DNA of 64,000 bases from an uncultured candidate division Zixibacteria bacterium (GTDB lineage Bacteria > Zixibacteria > MSB-5A5 > GN15 > FEB-12), in the NCBI GenBank assembly GCA_963664195.1, contig OY760907.1, positions 160,001 to 224,000 of the forward strand, read 5' to 3'. Position numbers and translations under genes: made by a program. The number at the start of each line of letters is the position of its first letter. The first letter of the stretch is position 1. The notes under the pieces were generated by a model. The model made no database searches. It was not told the origin of the DNA and saw only the letters and a list, made by a program, of their open reading frames with translations. Below, in pieces: positions 28,887 to 38,203 of this stretch.

Positions 28887-30299
28887 TCAGTCTTCGTCTT
28901 TGACTTCAGAGGCCAGGATTTTGTTGCCCTCAAGACTAAGGGAACACCTGCCCATATCTTCAAGTATGTCCCGATAGACGATACCGAAACTGGCTCTCAC
29001 CCCGGGATAAATCTTCTCTTCCGCGACAATACGAGCATCGGCAAATTGAGCCAGTTCCGCCTCGATTTCCTTTTTTCCCGCTGTCAGGGCCTCAAGCGAC
29101 GCCGGCAGTTCCTTCTGAAATATCTCCAGCTTGTCCATGGCGGCCTGTTTTTCCGGAGGCAGTTTGCCGTCCATCTGGATACGATACAACGCGTAGAGAG
29201 CCTCTTTTACGCGTTCGCCGTCTTCAGTTTGACGCGCGATTTCACCCTTGACCTCGGAGTACTTCTTCATGAGCTCCTGATCGAAGCCGACCGTCAGATT
29301 GGTAGCGGTACCGGCCTCAGAGCCAAGAACGGATGCCCGAATGGTTCTGCGGGCACGAATATCGCCTCCCACAATCTTACCGTTGCGACTCTTAACGAGC
29401 ACCTTCTGCCCGGCAGTCACGGTGCAGTTGACAATCTCCGCCCCGACATGGATTTCGTTACCGGCGTGCAGGTTCTGACCCTCGGCGTACTTGATCGTAA
29501 TATCGCCCCCGGCTCGCATTACGCCGTTGCCATCGCCGAAGAATCCGCCCTTCACTGCAATGTCACCCTTGACTTCGATTTCGCAGTCTTCGACGTTTCC
29601 ATTGACTTCAAGATCGCCATCGATTTTGATAGTATACCCGGCCTTGATGCCGCCGCTGATCGTCACCGATCCCTTGCAGTCGATATTGCCGACATTGTGA
29701 TCAACGTCACCTCTAATGACGACCACATCATTGACGGACACCTTGCCATATTGGAACTGAATGGCGCCACTTGCAGATGCGAGAAGGTTCAATCCGTCCT
29801 CGGCGATCTCTGTATTGACGCCGCTATTGAACGGAACATCTCGACCTGCCGGTCCCTTGATTTCCTTGCCCAGCACAGTCATACCGGACTTGCCTTCAGT
29901 CGGCGGGACCTTGGTCGCAAGGACGGCACCCTTCTCGGTATTCTGAATGAAACTGATTTCTTTGTAGTCTATGTGCCCGTCGTCACCCTCTTTGGGTTTA
30001 CGAGACTCGTTTGTATCGAAGTGATAGATGAAACTGGCCGCCACGCCTCGTCTCGGTTTGTGACCGGACGCTATTTTCAGTGGCGTATTGAATTCCTTAT
30101 TGGCAATCGCCTTTTCTACCGCATCCCTATCGATCCCGTACACCACCCCACCGTCTTCGATAACCTTGAGTATATCCTCAACCGTTATCTGCGGCTCGTC
30201 CGGTTTCGGCTGCCTGAGCAGGATGGATGCCACCATAGAATCTTTGCTAACGGTCAGGCTAATAAGTGAACGTTTGCGTTCGTTTGCGGTCTCTGCCAT
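28887..30299 (-). CDS. fapA: FapA/DUF342 flagellar assembly protein
   Basis: GVVYGID, GHIDYKE, PPTEGKSG, GDVDHNVGNID beta-helix, IYPGV. Confidence 0.88.
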   Translation of the reverse strand: MAETANERKRSLISLTVSKDSMVASILLRQPKPDEPQITVEDILKVIEDGGVVYGIDRDAVEKAIANKEFNTPLKIASGHKPRRGVAASFIYHFDTNESRKPKEGDDGHIDYKEISFIQNTEKGAVLATKVPPTEGKSGMTVLGKEIKGPAGRDVPFNSGVNTEIAEDGLNLLASASGAIQFQYGKVSVNDVVVIRGDVDHNVGNIDCKGSVTISGGIKAGYTIKIDGDLEVNGNVEDCEIEVKGDIAVKGGFFGDGNGVMRAGGDITIKYAEGQNLHAGNEIHVGAEIVNCTVTAGQKVLVKSRNGKIVGGDIRARRTIRASVLGSEAGTATNLTVGFDQELMKKYSEVKGEIARQTEDGERVKEALYALYRIQMDGKLPPEKQAAMDKLEIFQKELPASLEALTAGKKEIEAELAQFADARIVAEEKIYPGVRASFGIVYRDILEDMGRCSLSLEGNKILASEVKDED

Positions 30300-30317
30300 G
30301 ATGTTTTCTATCGCTTC

Positions 30318-30725
30318 CTAGCAGCCTTCAGGTGATTCCACGTCTGATCCTGACAATAGCCGCCAATAAGCTCTCTCGACTACGAGAGAGATCTCAAAAC
30401 TCTTAAAAGGCTTCGTAATATATTCATCTGCCCCCAACAGCAGAGCATCTTTCACAGTGTAGGTATCTCCGTAGGCAGTCATCATGATGATTCCGACGTG
30501 TGAATACGCTTCCTTGACAATCTTGAGCAGTTCAAATCCATCCATTCGAGGCATCTTGAGATCGGAGATGACCAGGTCAACCCGCTCTTTTTCAAGCACG
30601 GCCAAAGCCTCAAGGCCGTCGCCGGCGGTGATCACTTTGTACCCATCTCTTACCAGAATCTTCTGCAGAAGATTCCTCATCATCGACTCGTCGTCGGCCA
30701 CGAGAACGGTGATTGCGGTCTTCAT
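30318..30725 (-). CDS. Single-domain response regulator
   Basis: ADDE, SDLKMP, MTA, TKP. Confidence 0.92.
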   Translation of the reverse strand: MKTAITVLVADDESMMRNLLQKILVRDGYKVITAGDGLEALAVLEKERVDLVISDLKMPRMDGFELLKIVKEAYSHVGIIMMTAYGDTYTVKDALLLGADEYITKPFKSFEISLVVERAYWRLLSGSDVESPEGC

Positions 30726-30795
30726 ACGGCTATATCCCTCTCCGTTCTGCTGAGTGTGTCAGATGCACACAAACCAATGTTGTCAGAGTTCGTCA

Positions 30796-31227
30796 TCAGG
30801 CATCGACCGATCTTCGGTCAAGCGCCGAGGTCAGCTCGGATATGAAATCCTCGAGTCTGATCGGCTTGTACATTACTTTGCATGCTCCCAGAACGCCAGC
30901 TTGGTTGATCAGTTTATCGGTGGCGTTACCAGTAATGACCATGACCGGCACCTTTGGCGACGTCTTCTTGATCTCACTCAGTGCGTCAAGCCCGGAGATT
31001 TCCGGCATAATCAGGTCCAGCGTGATCAGGTCGTAGCTGTTTTCGCCTGCTTTCTTGATCGCCTCTGCGCCGTCTATAGCCAGATCAACGTCAAAAGCGT
31101 CGGTAACGTCACAGAAGTCCCTGAAGACCTCTCGAACCCATTGCTCATCATCGACAATGAGGACGCGGTAAGGTTTGCCTCGCTCCTTGGCCTGGCGAGT
31201 CAGTCTTTCGAGACTTGCCTCAGTCAT
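30796..31227 (-). CDS. Single-domain response regulator
   Basis: VDDE, LDLIMP, ITG, YKP. Confidence 0.92.
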   Translation of the reverse strand: MTEASLERLTRQAKERGKPYRVLIVDDEQWVREVFRDFCDVTDAFDVDLAIDGAEAIKKAGENSYDLITLDLIMPEISGLDALSEIKKTSPKVPVMVITGNATDKLINQAGVLGACKVMYKPIRLEDFISELTSALDRRSVDA

Positions 31228-31305
31228 ATTCTGCCTCTCTGTTTCCGGTCATGGAATGAATAGCCCTCGGGATAGCCCCTCTGAAGCCATCAGCCCTATT
31301 TCCGA

Positions 31306-31333
31306 TTATCGTCATCCGGTATCGATTCCTTCA
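31306..31333 (-). promoter_or_regulatory. Candidate sigma28 promoter
   Basis: TGAA-N16-GACGATAA in the gap before the receiver genes. Confidence 0.45.
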
Positions 31334-31361
31334 GCCCTGCGGGCGGAAAGTCGCGCAATAA

Positions 31362-31745
31362 TCAGGCAACCACGTCGGTAACCTGGGCGAGAGTCTCTTG
31401 TATCCTCATGCACTGCTGCGCTACAGATTCCAGCTTATCCTCGATGTGGTCGCGCGTCACCTGCCCGGAAGGCAGTTGAAACACCATCTTTTCCTTGTTT
31501 CTTGCCGCGTTCAGGATGTAGGTAATTTCCTGAACCACCTTGATCGTACCGTTGACCAAACGAATGAACTCCGGTTCCATCTGTTTGAGCTGCTCGGAAT
31601 TGCCGCTGGCCTTGGCCTTAGCCAGGTACAGTGCCAGATTGAGCGCGAGATCCTTGGTGTCTTCGTTAAGAGCGTCTACGGTTTCCAGCAGTTCAAGGGC
31701 TTCCTGTCGATTCTGTTCATCAGTACGTGTCACGCAATCACTCAC
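31362..31745 (-). CDS. Helical hypothetical protein
   Basis: 127 aa, in-operon spacing, AGGTGA RBS. Confidence 0.75.
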   Translation of the reverse strand: MSDCVTRTDEQNRQEALELLETVDALNEDTKDLALNLALYLAKAKASGNSEQLKQMEPEFIRLVNGTIKVVQEITYILNAARNKEKMVFQLPSGQVTRDHIEDKLESVAQQCMRIQETLAQVTDVVA

Positions 31746-31757
31746 CTGTTTGGGCAG

Positions 31758-32639
31758 CTAACGCTGCGTTGATTTGTCAAGATTGAGCATTCGGTCATCG
31801 GTCGAATCGCCCAGATAGGCCTCCGACACGGTGGAATCAAATCTCAGAAGCTTCCGATTCACTTCCCCTATCCGCATGGCCGCGTCGTCGATCCGATCCA
31901 AACGTGTCCGCATCTTCTCGCTGGCATCCTTCATCTCCATCATGAGAATCTGGATATGCCCGACAATCACCGACAGGGGATTATTGATTTCATGGTTTAT
32001 CGAAGCGGCCAGTTCCACAACCACCGAGAGTTTTTCCGCCTCGATGATCTTGTCCTGAGCCGCTTTGAGATTCTCATGGGCGACCTTCAGCGCCGCGTTT
32101 TTCGTCTCGACCATCGCAACGTAGTCGTTGCGTTCGATTGAGATGGCGATCTGGTCCGCTACTACACTCATCAGTTTGACATGTTTCTCCTCCAGAATGC
32201 CGGGGCACCCGGATCCAAGAGAAAGCATGCCAATCACCTCGTTGTCCACCAATAGCGGCACTGTCATCACGACGTCGAACACGCAATCAGGGTCAAAGTC
32301 AAAGTCATCGTCGGTACGAGCGAGCAACACCGGTTTGCGATGCACACGCTGCGGTTGGGACTTGAATCCAGATGCGGAACCAATCAGAAAACTTGGCAAC
32401 TCCACCTTGTCACCAACGCAGGCAACGGGTTCCATTCTCCCGGAATCAGAATCGCGGAGATAGAGCATGCCGGCGTCAAACGGCACAATACCCTGGATCA
32501 GTCGAAGGACCTTCACGTACGTCGCGCCATCGTCCATCGGACGACGGCACAGCGCCGAGATCTCGGCAACCAGGCTGATCTTCTCCCAGAACCTGGTGTG
32601 CTGGTCACGATCTGAAGTTTGTCCCTGACCGGCCGTCAT
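31758..32639 (-). CDS. GAF plus HisKA protein lacking a HATPase domain
   Basis: VPLLVDNEVIGML...VADQIAISIE; H-box AASINHEINNPL; no N/G boxes; start probably ATG 32639. Confidence 0.85.
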   Translation of the reverse strand: MTAGQGQTSDRDQHTRFWEKISLVAEISALCRRPMDDGATYVKVLRLIQGIVPFDAGMLYLRDSDSGRMEPVACVGDKVELPSFLIGSASGFKSQPQRVHRKPVLLARTDDDFDFDPDCVFDVVMTVPLLVDNEVIGMLSLGSGCPGILEEKHVKLMSVVADQIAISIERNDYVAMVETKNAALKVAHENLKAAQDKIIEAEKLSVVVELAASINHEINNPLSVIVGHIQILMMEMKDASEKMRTRLDRIDDAAMRIGEVNRKLLRFDSTVSEAYLGDSTDDRMLNLDKSTQR

Positions 32640-32640
32640 G

Positions 32641-33243
32641 TCATCGTCCTTTGACCAGTTTGCCAATCTTCTTCGCCAGTTTGTCCGCCAGCTTCTCTTC
32701 AAGCCTGCTGAAGAATTTGCTTTTCTCCGGTGCCGATATGTGCAGGGAGGGATCGTTTCGATTCTGATCCCATTCGGCCTGAAACTGTCTTGGGCCTTTC
32801 AATTCGACGTCAAAGGACTCGGCAGCCAGAAGCTTTCCTTTTTGGATGTCTATAAGCCTGAACTCTCCCTCAATCACGCCCACAGTCTCGAACTTATGGA
32901 ATATCAGCGGCAGGTTGAATCCCTTGCGTCTCTCCAGGCCCTCGCGTTCAACCGTGACCGTGAGGAGATAACGACCGCCGGCTTCGAGTCCCCAGTTGAC
33001 GAGACTATCGATATCGTATCTCGCATCGGGGAACGTTAGCGATGTGCCTTCTCCTCCGGCAAAGGTGACCCGAAGATCGGAATTGCGGCTGAATACAGTC
33101 TCACACTTCTCATTGAGCTTGCTGTCCCCCCATGCGAGGGGCACGGTTCGGATTTCCAATATCAGGTTGCGCTGCGTGCCAAATGCCTGTCCGGCGATAA
33201 GTAACGCTGCAACCGCGATAATAATGCATCTTGCATATCGCAT
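32641..33243 (-). CDS. Secreted hypothetical protein
   Basis: Signal peptide ending AFG; GGAGGT RBS. Confidence 0.8.
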   Translation of the reverse strand: MRYARCIIIAVAALLIAGQAFGTQRNLILEIRTVPLAWGDSKLNEKCETVFSRNSDLRVTFAGGEGTSLTFPDARYDIDSLVNWGLEAGGRYLLTVTVEREGLERRKGFNLPLIFHKFETVGVIEGEFRLIDIQKGKLLAAESFDVELKGPRQFQAEWDQNRNDPSLHISAPEKSKFFSRLEEKLADKLAKKIGKLVKGR

Positions 33244-33260
33244 AACACCTCCCCGTCGGT

Positions 33261-33773
33261 TTAGACCTCTGTTCTCTGGTCGAGGTGCTTGTTGAGAATG
33301 TGCTGGACAGATTCACTGAAATGAGTGTGTTGATCTGCCAGCAGATCGACCTCTCCACGTGAGAAGTGATCCTGGAGGTATCCGGTTGAGATAAACTGAA
33401 TCCCGGTGATGAAACTACCGTCATCGCCGTCAACTCTCTTGACGAGACCAAGCACGTTTGAAATCTCTTCTACCTTCTGCATGGTGAAATGCATGGAGAC
33501 GATGTCCCCGGTGCTTACCTCTTGATCCAGATCCACCAGAACGCCACCGGCCGAGATATTGAGAATCGCGCCGTTGATGACATGCCAGTCACCGTCCGGC
33601 CAGAATCCACCGCTCGAGTCCTTGATCTTTTGCAGTGACATCGGAGAGGATATCTCGAGGCGCACAAAACGTCGTTTGTCCTCTCTTTTGACACGGAACA
33701 CTCCGCGGGATAAGGTCTCGGTGCCTTGTACGGAGGCGTCACTAACACACGTGGGGTCTTCAATAACGGTCAT
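33261..33773 (-). CDS. PilZ domain protein
   Basis: RRFVR and NISAGG. Confidence 0.9.
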   Translation of the reverse strand: MTVIEDPTCVSDASVQGTETLSRGVFRVKREDKRRFVRLEISSPMSLQKIKDSSGGFWPDGDWHVINGAILNISAGGVLVDLDQEVSTGDIVSMHFTMQKVEEISNVLGLVKRVDGDDGSFITGIQFISTGYLQDHFSRGEVDLLADQHTHFSESVQHILNKHLDQRTEV

Positions 33774-34552
33774 AAAGTACTCCTATCATAAGCATCTTCG
33801 TTTGTCAAATTCAGTTGAGATATGGCACTGTTGAGTTGTTGGCGATATGCCCTGGTGTAGGCAAAAAGAGAAGGAGGCAGAGTACCGCGCTTCACCGACG
33901 AAAACATTCGCCTGGCCGCCTCTTTCACAATAAACTCCACGCCAACTCTAAAGCACGCATCATCCGACTGATACCGATGCCGTACGACACCTAGGACCAG
34001 CGGAGGAAACTCCAGAGGATTCAGATCAATGTTCAATAACAGATAGACACTTGGTTCGAGAGCTGACGACACTTCAAGCAACGCTCCGCCGCTGGAGATA
34101 TCAACAGTGGTTGTTTCCATCCACCTCAAATGTGATAGCTCCGTCGCGTGCGAACTTACAATCGGATAGGTTGCCAGTCGCACGCGCTTGGTCAGAGGGC
34201 GACGCATGAATCGTCGTTGCGACAAAGGCGATGCTTTGTCCCCCAGGACCAAATACAGCCTGCCCCCGACAGTCCTTTTGAGCTGTGCCTTGACGGAGAT
34301 TTCTTCGCCACGGTGAGGAAACTGCACCACCACCGTCTGGTGGCTCACGAGATTCTCGACAGTATTGAATCGGGGGCCGCTGTCGACCTGCATTTGGCCG
34401 TCAGCCACTGCCAGCACCTTGGACGTGATCTCTTTGCCCGGCAATTGGTGGGAAAAGAGCTTGATCTTGCGACCGACCAGATCAGACACGTCAAGTCTGG
34501 TGACATCAAAATCGTGCCTGGCTTCTTCGATGAGATTCTTCGCGGTCTGCAT
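33770..34552 (-). CDS. YcgR-like PilZ domain protein
   Basis: N-terminal barrel; RRFMR and DISSGG. Confidence 0.85.
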   Translation of the reverse strand: MQTAKNLIEEARHDFDVTRLDVSDLVGRKIKLFSHQLPGKEITSKVLAVADGQMQVDSGPRFNTVENLVSHQTVVVQFPHRGEEISVKAQLKRTVGGRLYLVLGDKASPLSQRRFMRRPLTKRVRLATYPIVSSHATELSHLRWMETTTVDISSGGALLEVSSALEPSVYLLLNIDLNPLEFPPLVLGVVRHRYQSDDACFRVGVEFIVKEAARRMFSSVKRGTLPPSLFAYTRAYRQQLNSAISQLNLTNEDAYDRSTL

Positions 34553-34553
34553 G

Positions 34554-35303
34554 TTATATCAGCCCTTTCCGACGAAGCTCCACCTGCTTGTGGAAGAGAA
34601 ATGTCACCAGTCTGTCCTGGGCAATCTTGTTGAAACTCTTCAGAACGTCAGGCATGAGTCGGATATCCTCGGCTGAGAAATACTCTCTCAGCATGTCTTC
34701 ACAGATGAACTTCATACCGCAAAACCGCTGGTCATCCCTGGAGAACTTGCGACAACCGGAAGCGAGGAGGGTTTCCGGGAGCCCCAAGTCCGCAAAGATA
34801 TCAATCTTGAGTGCCAGAATATCGGTTGAGTGAAGGGCATCGTCCAGACAGATGAGAACTCCACCCGCACTGATGTCTTTGGCAAATGTCGAATGCCAGG
34901 CGACTTCTTCCTGCCACCGTACCCAGTCAGTATTTCTCGAAACCGCGGCGTACTGGACGCGGGCAGGCGTTTCCACCCGTACGAACTGGCGGCGCTGCAA
35001 GCGCTGGAACGATGACGGCGGTGTCAGGACCACTCGCTTGCGGCCCTCAAACAACTGGGACTTAATGCTGGACCTGAATTGGTACGCAGCGTCGTCACGC
35101 GTCACCTGTACCGTCACAGATAGATCGTTTCGCAGCAGGGTTTTCCCTGAGACAAACTCGGGGTTGGTGATTACGATACCGCCGTTGATTACCTCCTCCA
35201 CACGCGCCTCATAGAGACCGGCGTCGGACTCTTCTCCGACCACGATCGTAATCTTTTCCCAGACTTTGAGTCCCTGCGGACCTGTTTGTTTAGCGGTTTG
35301 CAA
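34554..35303 (-). CDS. YcgR-like flagellar brake protein (PilZN plus PilZ)
   Basis: QRRQFVR and DISAGG. Confidence 0.9.
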   Translation of the reverse strand: MQTAKQTGPQGLKVWEKITIVVGEESDAGLYEARVEEVINGGIVITNPEFVSGKTLLRNDLSVTVQVTRDDAAYQFRSSIKSQLFEGRKRVVLTPPSSFQRLQRRQFVRVETPARVQYAAVSRNTDWVRWQEEVAWHSTFAKDISAGGVLICLDDALHSTDILALKIDIFADLGLPETLLASGCRKFSRDDQRFCGMKFICEDMLREYFSAEDIRLMPDVLKSFNKIAQDRLVTFLFHKQVELRRKGLI

Positions 35304-35321
35304 CGTTTTCTATTCCCAGTC

Positions 35322-36503
35322 TTAGGCCGGCTTGGATGCAGCCAGATTGGCTCGTCCCTGTTCAATGGCCAGTTCAAGAATCTTGCGAGCAAGAGCCGTA
35401 CGCGACTGATCGCGGCGGTTCTGGTATATGAACTCCTGGCCCGTTTTGATCGTGCTGGTGAAAAACTGCTTGGCCTCGTCATAGTCACCCACACGACGAG
35501 ACAACTCCGCTATCAGGTACGAGACCTGAATCTGCGGCGTACCGGGCGCTATGTCGCGACCACCGGCAAAAGCCTGCTTGTAGTAATGGGCGGCTTTCTC
35601 GAGAGCCTCACGCTCAGACGCAACCCGTCCATCCCACTTCACTTCTTGACGGAGAAACTCTCCGAACGACGGATACTGGCCAAACTGCTGCTCACCTTCG
35701 ACCTGACTACTACCCATCAATTCCGCGCGATAACCGTCCATGAGGGTTCGCATTTCCTCGAGCTTCTCCCGACCTCCGGTAAGGGCCGCATCAAGGGCGT
35801 TGTTGCCGGCCTCGAATCTGTCCCGGTAGGCGCACATCTGCGATTGCACCTCAGCCGGCATCTGGTCGGCCTCAAACTGGGCGGCTATACTGGCACCGAG
35901 TGCATCAAACTGTCCGCGGGCATGTTCCAGCGCCTCTTTGAAGCTGAAATACTTGCTGTCCATCTCGCGGAGGAGGCTGCCCAGCATCAGCTGGCTCGGG
36001 TTGTCGTTCGCACCGAGAGAACGGAATACCCAGCCGATTCTCAGGTAGAACCGACCCAGATCCAGATTGCTCGGATGCTCGTTGCAGAGTTCATCGAACA
36101 CCGCCAGGTGGAGCTTGATGATCGCCGACTCGTTTGGATACCGCTGCATGTCAATCGCGTTGCCCAGGCTCTTCAACACAGAATCAGCCTCTGACAGATA
36201 TTCGAGATGCTTGGTCTTGACGGTTTTCAGGCGATACGTGCGGAATGCATTATCTGCCTTCCACTCGCGGAACTTGTTGGTAAACTCTCGCGTGTAGAAG
36301 CAGTGACTGCAAGTGGCGGTAAAAAACGCCAGCGGATTGTACGCCTGATACTTGGGGTAACGCCACTTGATGTCCTGAGGACAGAAATCAGAATCGCGTG
36401 TCTCCTCGACATACGCGCCGACTTTGATCTGCTCGAATTCGTTGATTGTCTTACAAACTGGACACTCAACCTTGAAATTCAGAAATGGGCTTTCGTTTGA
36501 CAT
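35322..36503 (-). CDS. DUF2225 family Zn-finger/TPR-like protein
   Basis: CPVC, DSDFCP, CSHCFY, LRIGWVFR, YLIAELSRRVG; GGAG before ATG 36503. Confidence 0.85.
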   Translation of the reverse strand: MSNESPFLNFKVECPVCKTINEFEQIKVGAYVEETRDSDFCPQDIKWRYPKYQAYNPLAFFTATCSHCFYTREFTNKFREWKADNAFRTYRLKTVKTKHLEYLSEADSVLKSLGNAIDMQRYPNESAIIKLHLAVFDELCNEHPSNLDLGRFYLRIGWVFRSLGANDNPSQLMLGSLLREMDSKYFSFKEALEHARGQFDALGASIAAQFEADQMPAEVQSQMCAYRDRFEAGNNALDAALTGGREKLEEMRTLMDGYRAELMGSSQVEGEQQFGQYPSFGEFLRQEVKWDGRVASEREALEKAAHYYKQAFAGGRDIAPGTPQIQVSYLIAELSRRVGDYDEAKQFFTSTIKTGQEFIYQNRRDQSRTALARKILELAIEQGRANLAASKPA

Positions 36504-36522
36504 CTCTATCTCCGCACGTTTA

Positions 36523-36954
36523 TCAGTTGTTGCTGCTTTGCAGGAGGGCGAGTTCACCCTCCGAAATCGGTAGTGACCGTCGGATCGTTTCCTGTGGCGT
36601 CTGCGCCTTTATCATCTCGCGGGCCAGTCGGATTATCTCCACCCGGTCCCGTCGGGTCGCGCCTGTGGCACCTGCCACCGCTGCCGTGTTCGGTACCGCA
36701 GTGGTCGTTCCGGAACTTCCCGGGGCACGGAAATTCACGAATTCCAGACCGGGGCGATCTACGGCAGCAGGCTTCTCAGCCGGGATCGGGGCAACCGACG
36801 GCGCCTGAGCTGCTGGCGCGACCGATTCCAGGGTCGCCCGGGAAGGCTTGCGCTTGAGAATGCTGGAATAAACCAGTATCCCCAGCGAGGCGGCTACGAG
36901 GTAGCCCAGTGTGTTTAAGCCAATATCAATCAGTTGATCGTACATAACATCCAT
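36523..36954 (-). CDS. Hypothetical membrane-anchored protein with HTH-like C-terminus
   Basis: N-terminal TM, Ala/Pro linker, IRRSLPISEGELALL. Confidence 0.75.
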   Translation of the reverse strand: MDVMYDQLIDIGLNTLGYLVAASLGILVYSSILKRKPSRATLESVAPAAQAPSVAPIPAEKPAAVDRPGLEFVNFRAPGSSGTTTAVPNTAAVAGATGATRRDRVEIIRLAREMIKAQTPQETIRRSLPISEGELALLQSSNN

Positions 36955-36977
36955 GTTTACACCACCCTTTCGGCTTC

Positions 36978-37295
36978 CTAAGCCTTGATGTCTACGTGTC
37001 GCTCCTCCGGGGATTCCTTCGTTTCTTCCCGTTCAGGGTTGTCAGGAGGAGCTTCCTCGGCGAACTCAGCCGCAGGCGGTTCGTCTTTGGGGCGCTCTTC
37101 TGGTTCTTCTTCTCCCTGTTCAAGGACAACGACATCTTCCTGTCTCTTCTTTCTTTGTTTATCCTGCTCTTCCTCGAGCTTCTCTTTCAGAGTCTTTTTG
37201 AAAGGCTGTTGCTTCTGCTTCTCAGATGGCTTCATCCGCCTGACCCTATCGGGGGCAAGATAACCTGCCTTCTCTATCGCATCGGGGCTAACCAT
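36978..37295 (-). CDS. Small charged hypothetical flagellar-operon protein
   Basis: GGAG RBS; ends HVDIKA. Confidence 0.7.
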   Translation of the reverse strand: MVSPDAIEKAGYLAPDRVRRMKPSEKQKQQPFKKTLKEKLEEEQDKQRKKRQEDVVVLEQGEEEPEERPKDEPPAAEFAEEAPPDNPEREETKESPEERHVDIKA

Positions 37296-37326
37296 CAGTC
37301 TGACTCCCTTATTCGAGCCGCGGCGA

Positions 37327-38196
37327 TTAGCTGGTCATGGAGAAACGCTCCTTGACCATGCCGCGGAGCTTCTTCACCGCGCGAGTGTGGATCTGCGATA
37401 CCCGGGATTCCGAGATTACCATCACCTCGCCGATTTCCTTTAACGTTAACTCTTCGAAATAATACAGCCTGATGACGAGTTTCTCTTGCTCGGTCAGGTT
37501 ATCTATAGCCAACACGAGGAACGAACGCAGTTCGCCCTTTTCAAGCATACCGAGAACGCTCAGTTCCGACTTGTCCTTGACTGTCTCCACCCTCGGCACC
37601 TTGCGGTTGTCATCCTCGGGATACACGACCTCGTCGAGCGACAGGATGTTTGTGCACGAGATATCGTCAAGCGCGAGATGCAATTCACGGTCAGTCATGT
37701 TCAGATGCTTGGCCAACTCTGTCTTCTCCGGCGGCCGGCCCAACTCGTTCTCGAGATACTGGAAAGCCCGGTCGATTTCTCTTGATCTTGCCCTGGTTGA
37801 GCGAGGTACCCAATCGAGAGCACGGAGCTCGTCGAGGATCGCACCGCGGATGCGCGGGACGGCATAGGTCTCGAACTTAACTCCACGTGCCGGATCGAAA
37901 TTACCAAACGCCTCTACCAGGCCGATAGCGCCCGTACTTATCAGGTCAGTCAGTTCCACTGAACGGGGAAAGCCCATCGCCATCCGCGCCGCAACATTGC
38001 GCACGAGCGGGATGTACTTGTTCAACAGGCGCTGGCGCACTTCGTGGGACGGATCCTTCTGGTAGCGCGCCCAATCCCTGGCCGTTACCTCCCACTGTTT
38101 GGCACGTGTGTTAGTCACAGCCTTACCGAAAGCCACGTTGCCTGTTGCCTCGGGTTTTGTTGCCCGTTTCCTTGGAGCTTTTGCAGTCGTAACCAT
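37327..38196 (-). CDS. fliA: Flagellar sigma factor sigma28
   Basis: FETYAVPRIRGAILDELRALDWVPRS, LTLKEIG...SESRVSQIH. Confidence 0.96.
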   Translation of the reverse strand: MVTTAKAPRKRATKPEATGNVAFGKAVTNTRAKQWEVTARDWARYQKDPSHEVRQRLLNKYIPLVRNVAARMAMGFPRSVELTDLISTGAIGLVEAFGNFDPARGVKFETYAVPRIRGAILDELRALDWVPRSTRARSREIDRAFQYLENELGRPPEKTELAKHLNMTDRELHLALDDISCTNILSLDEVVYPEDDNRKVPRVETVKDKSELSVLGMLEKGELRSFLVLAIDNLTEQEKLVIRLYYFEELTLKEIGEVMVISESRVSQIHTRAVKKLRGMVKERFSMTS

Positions 38197-38203
38197 AAGT
38201 ATG

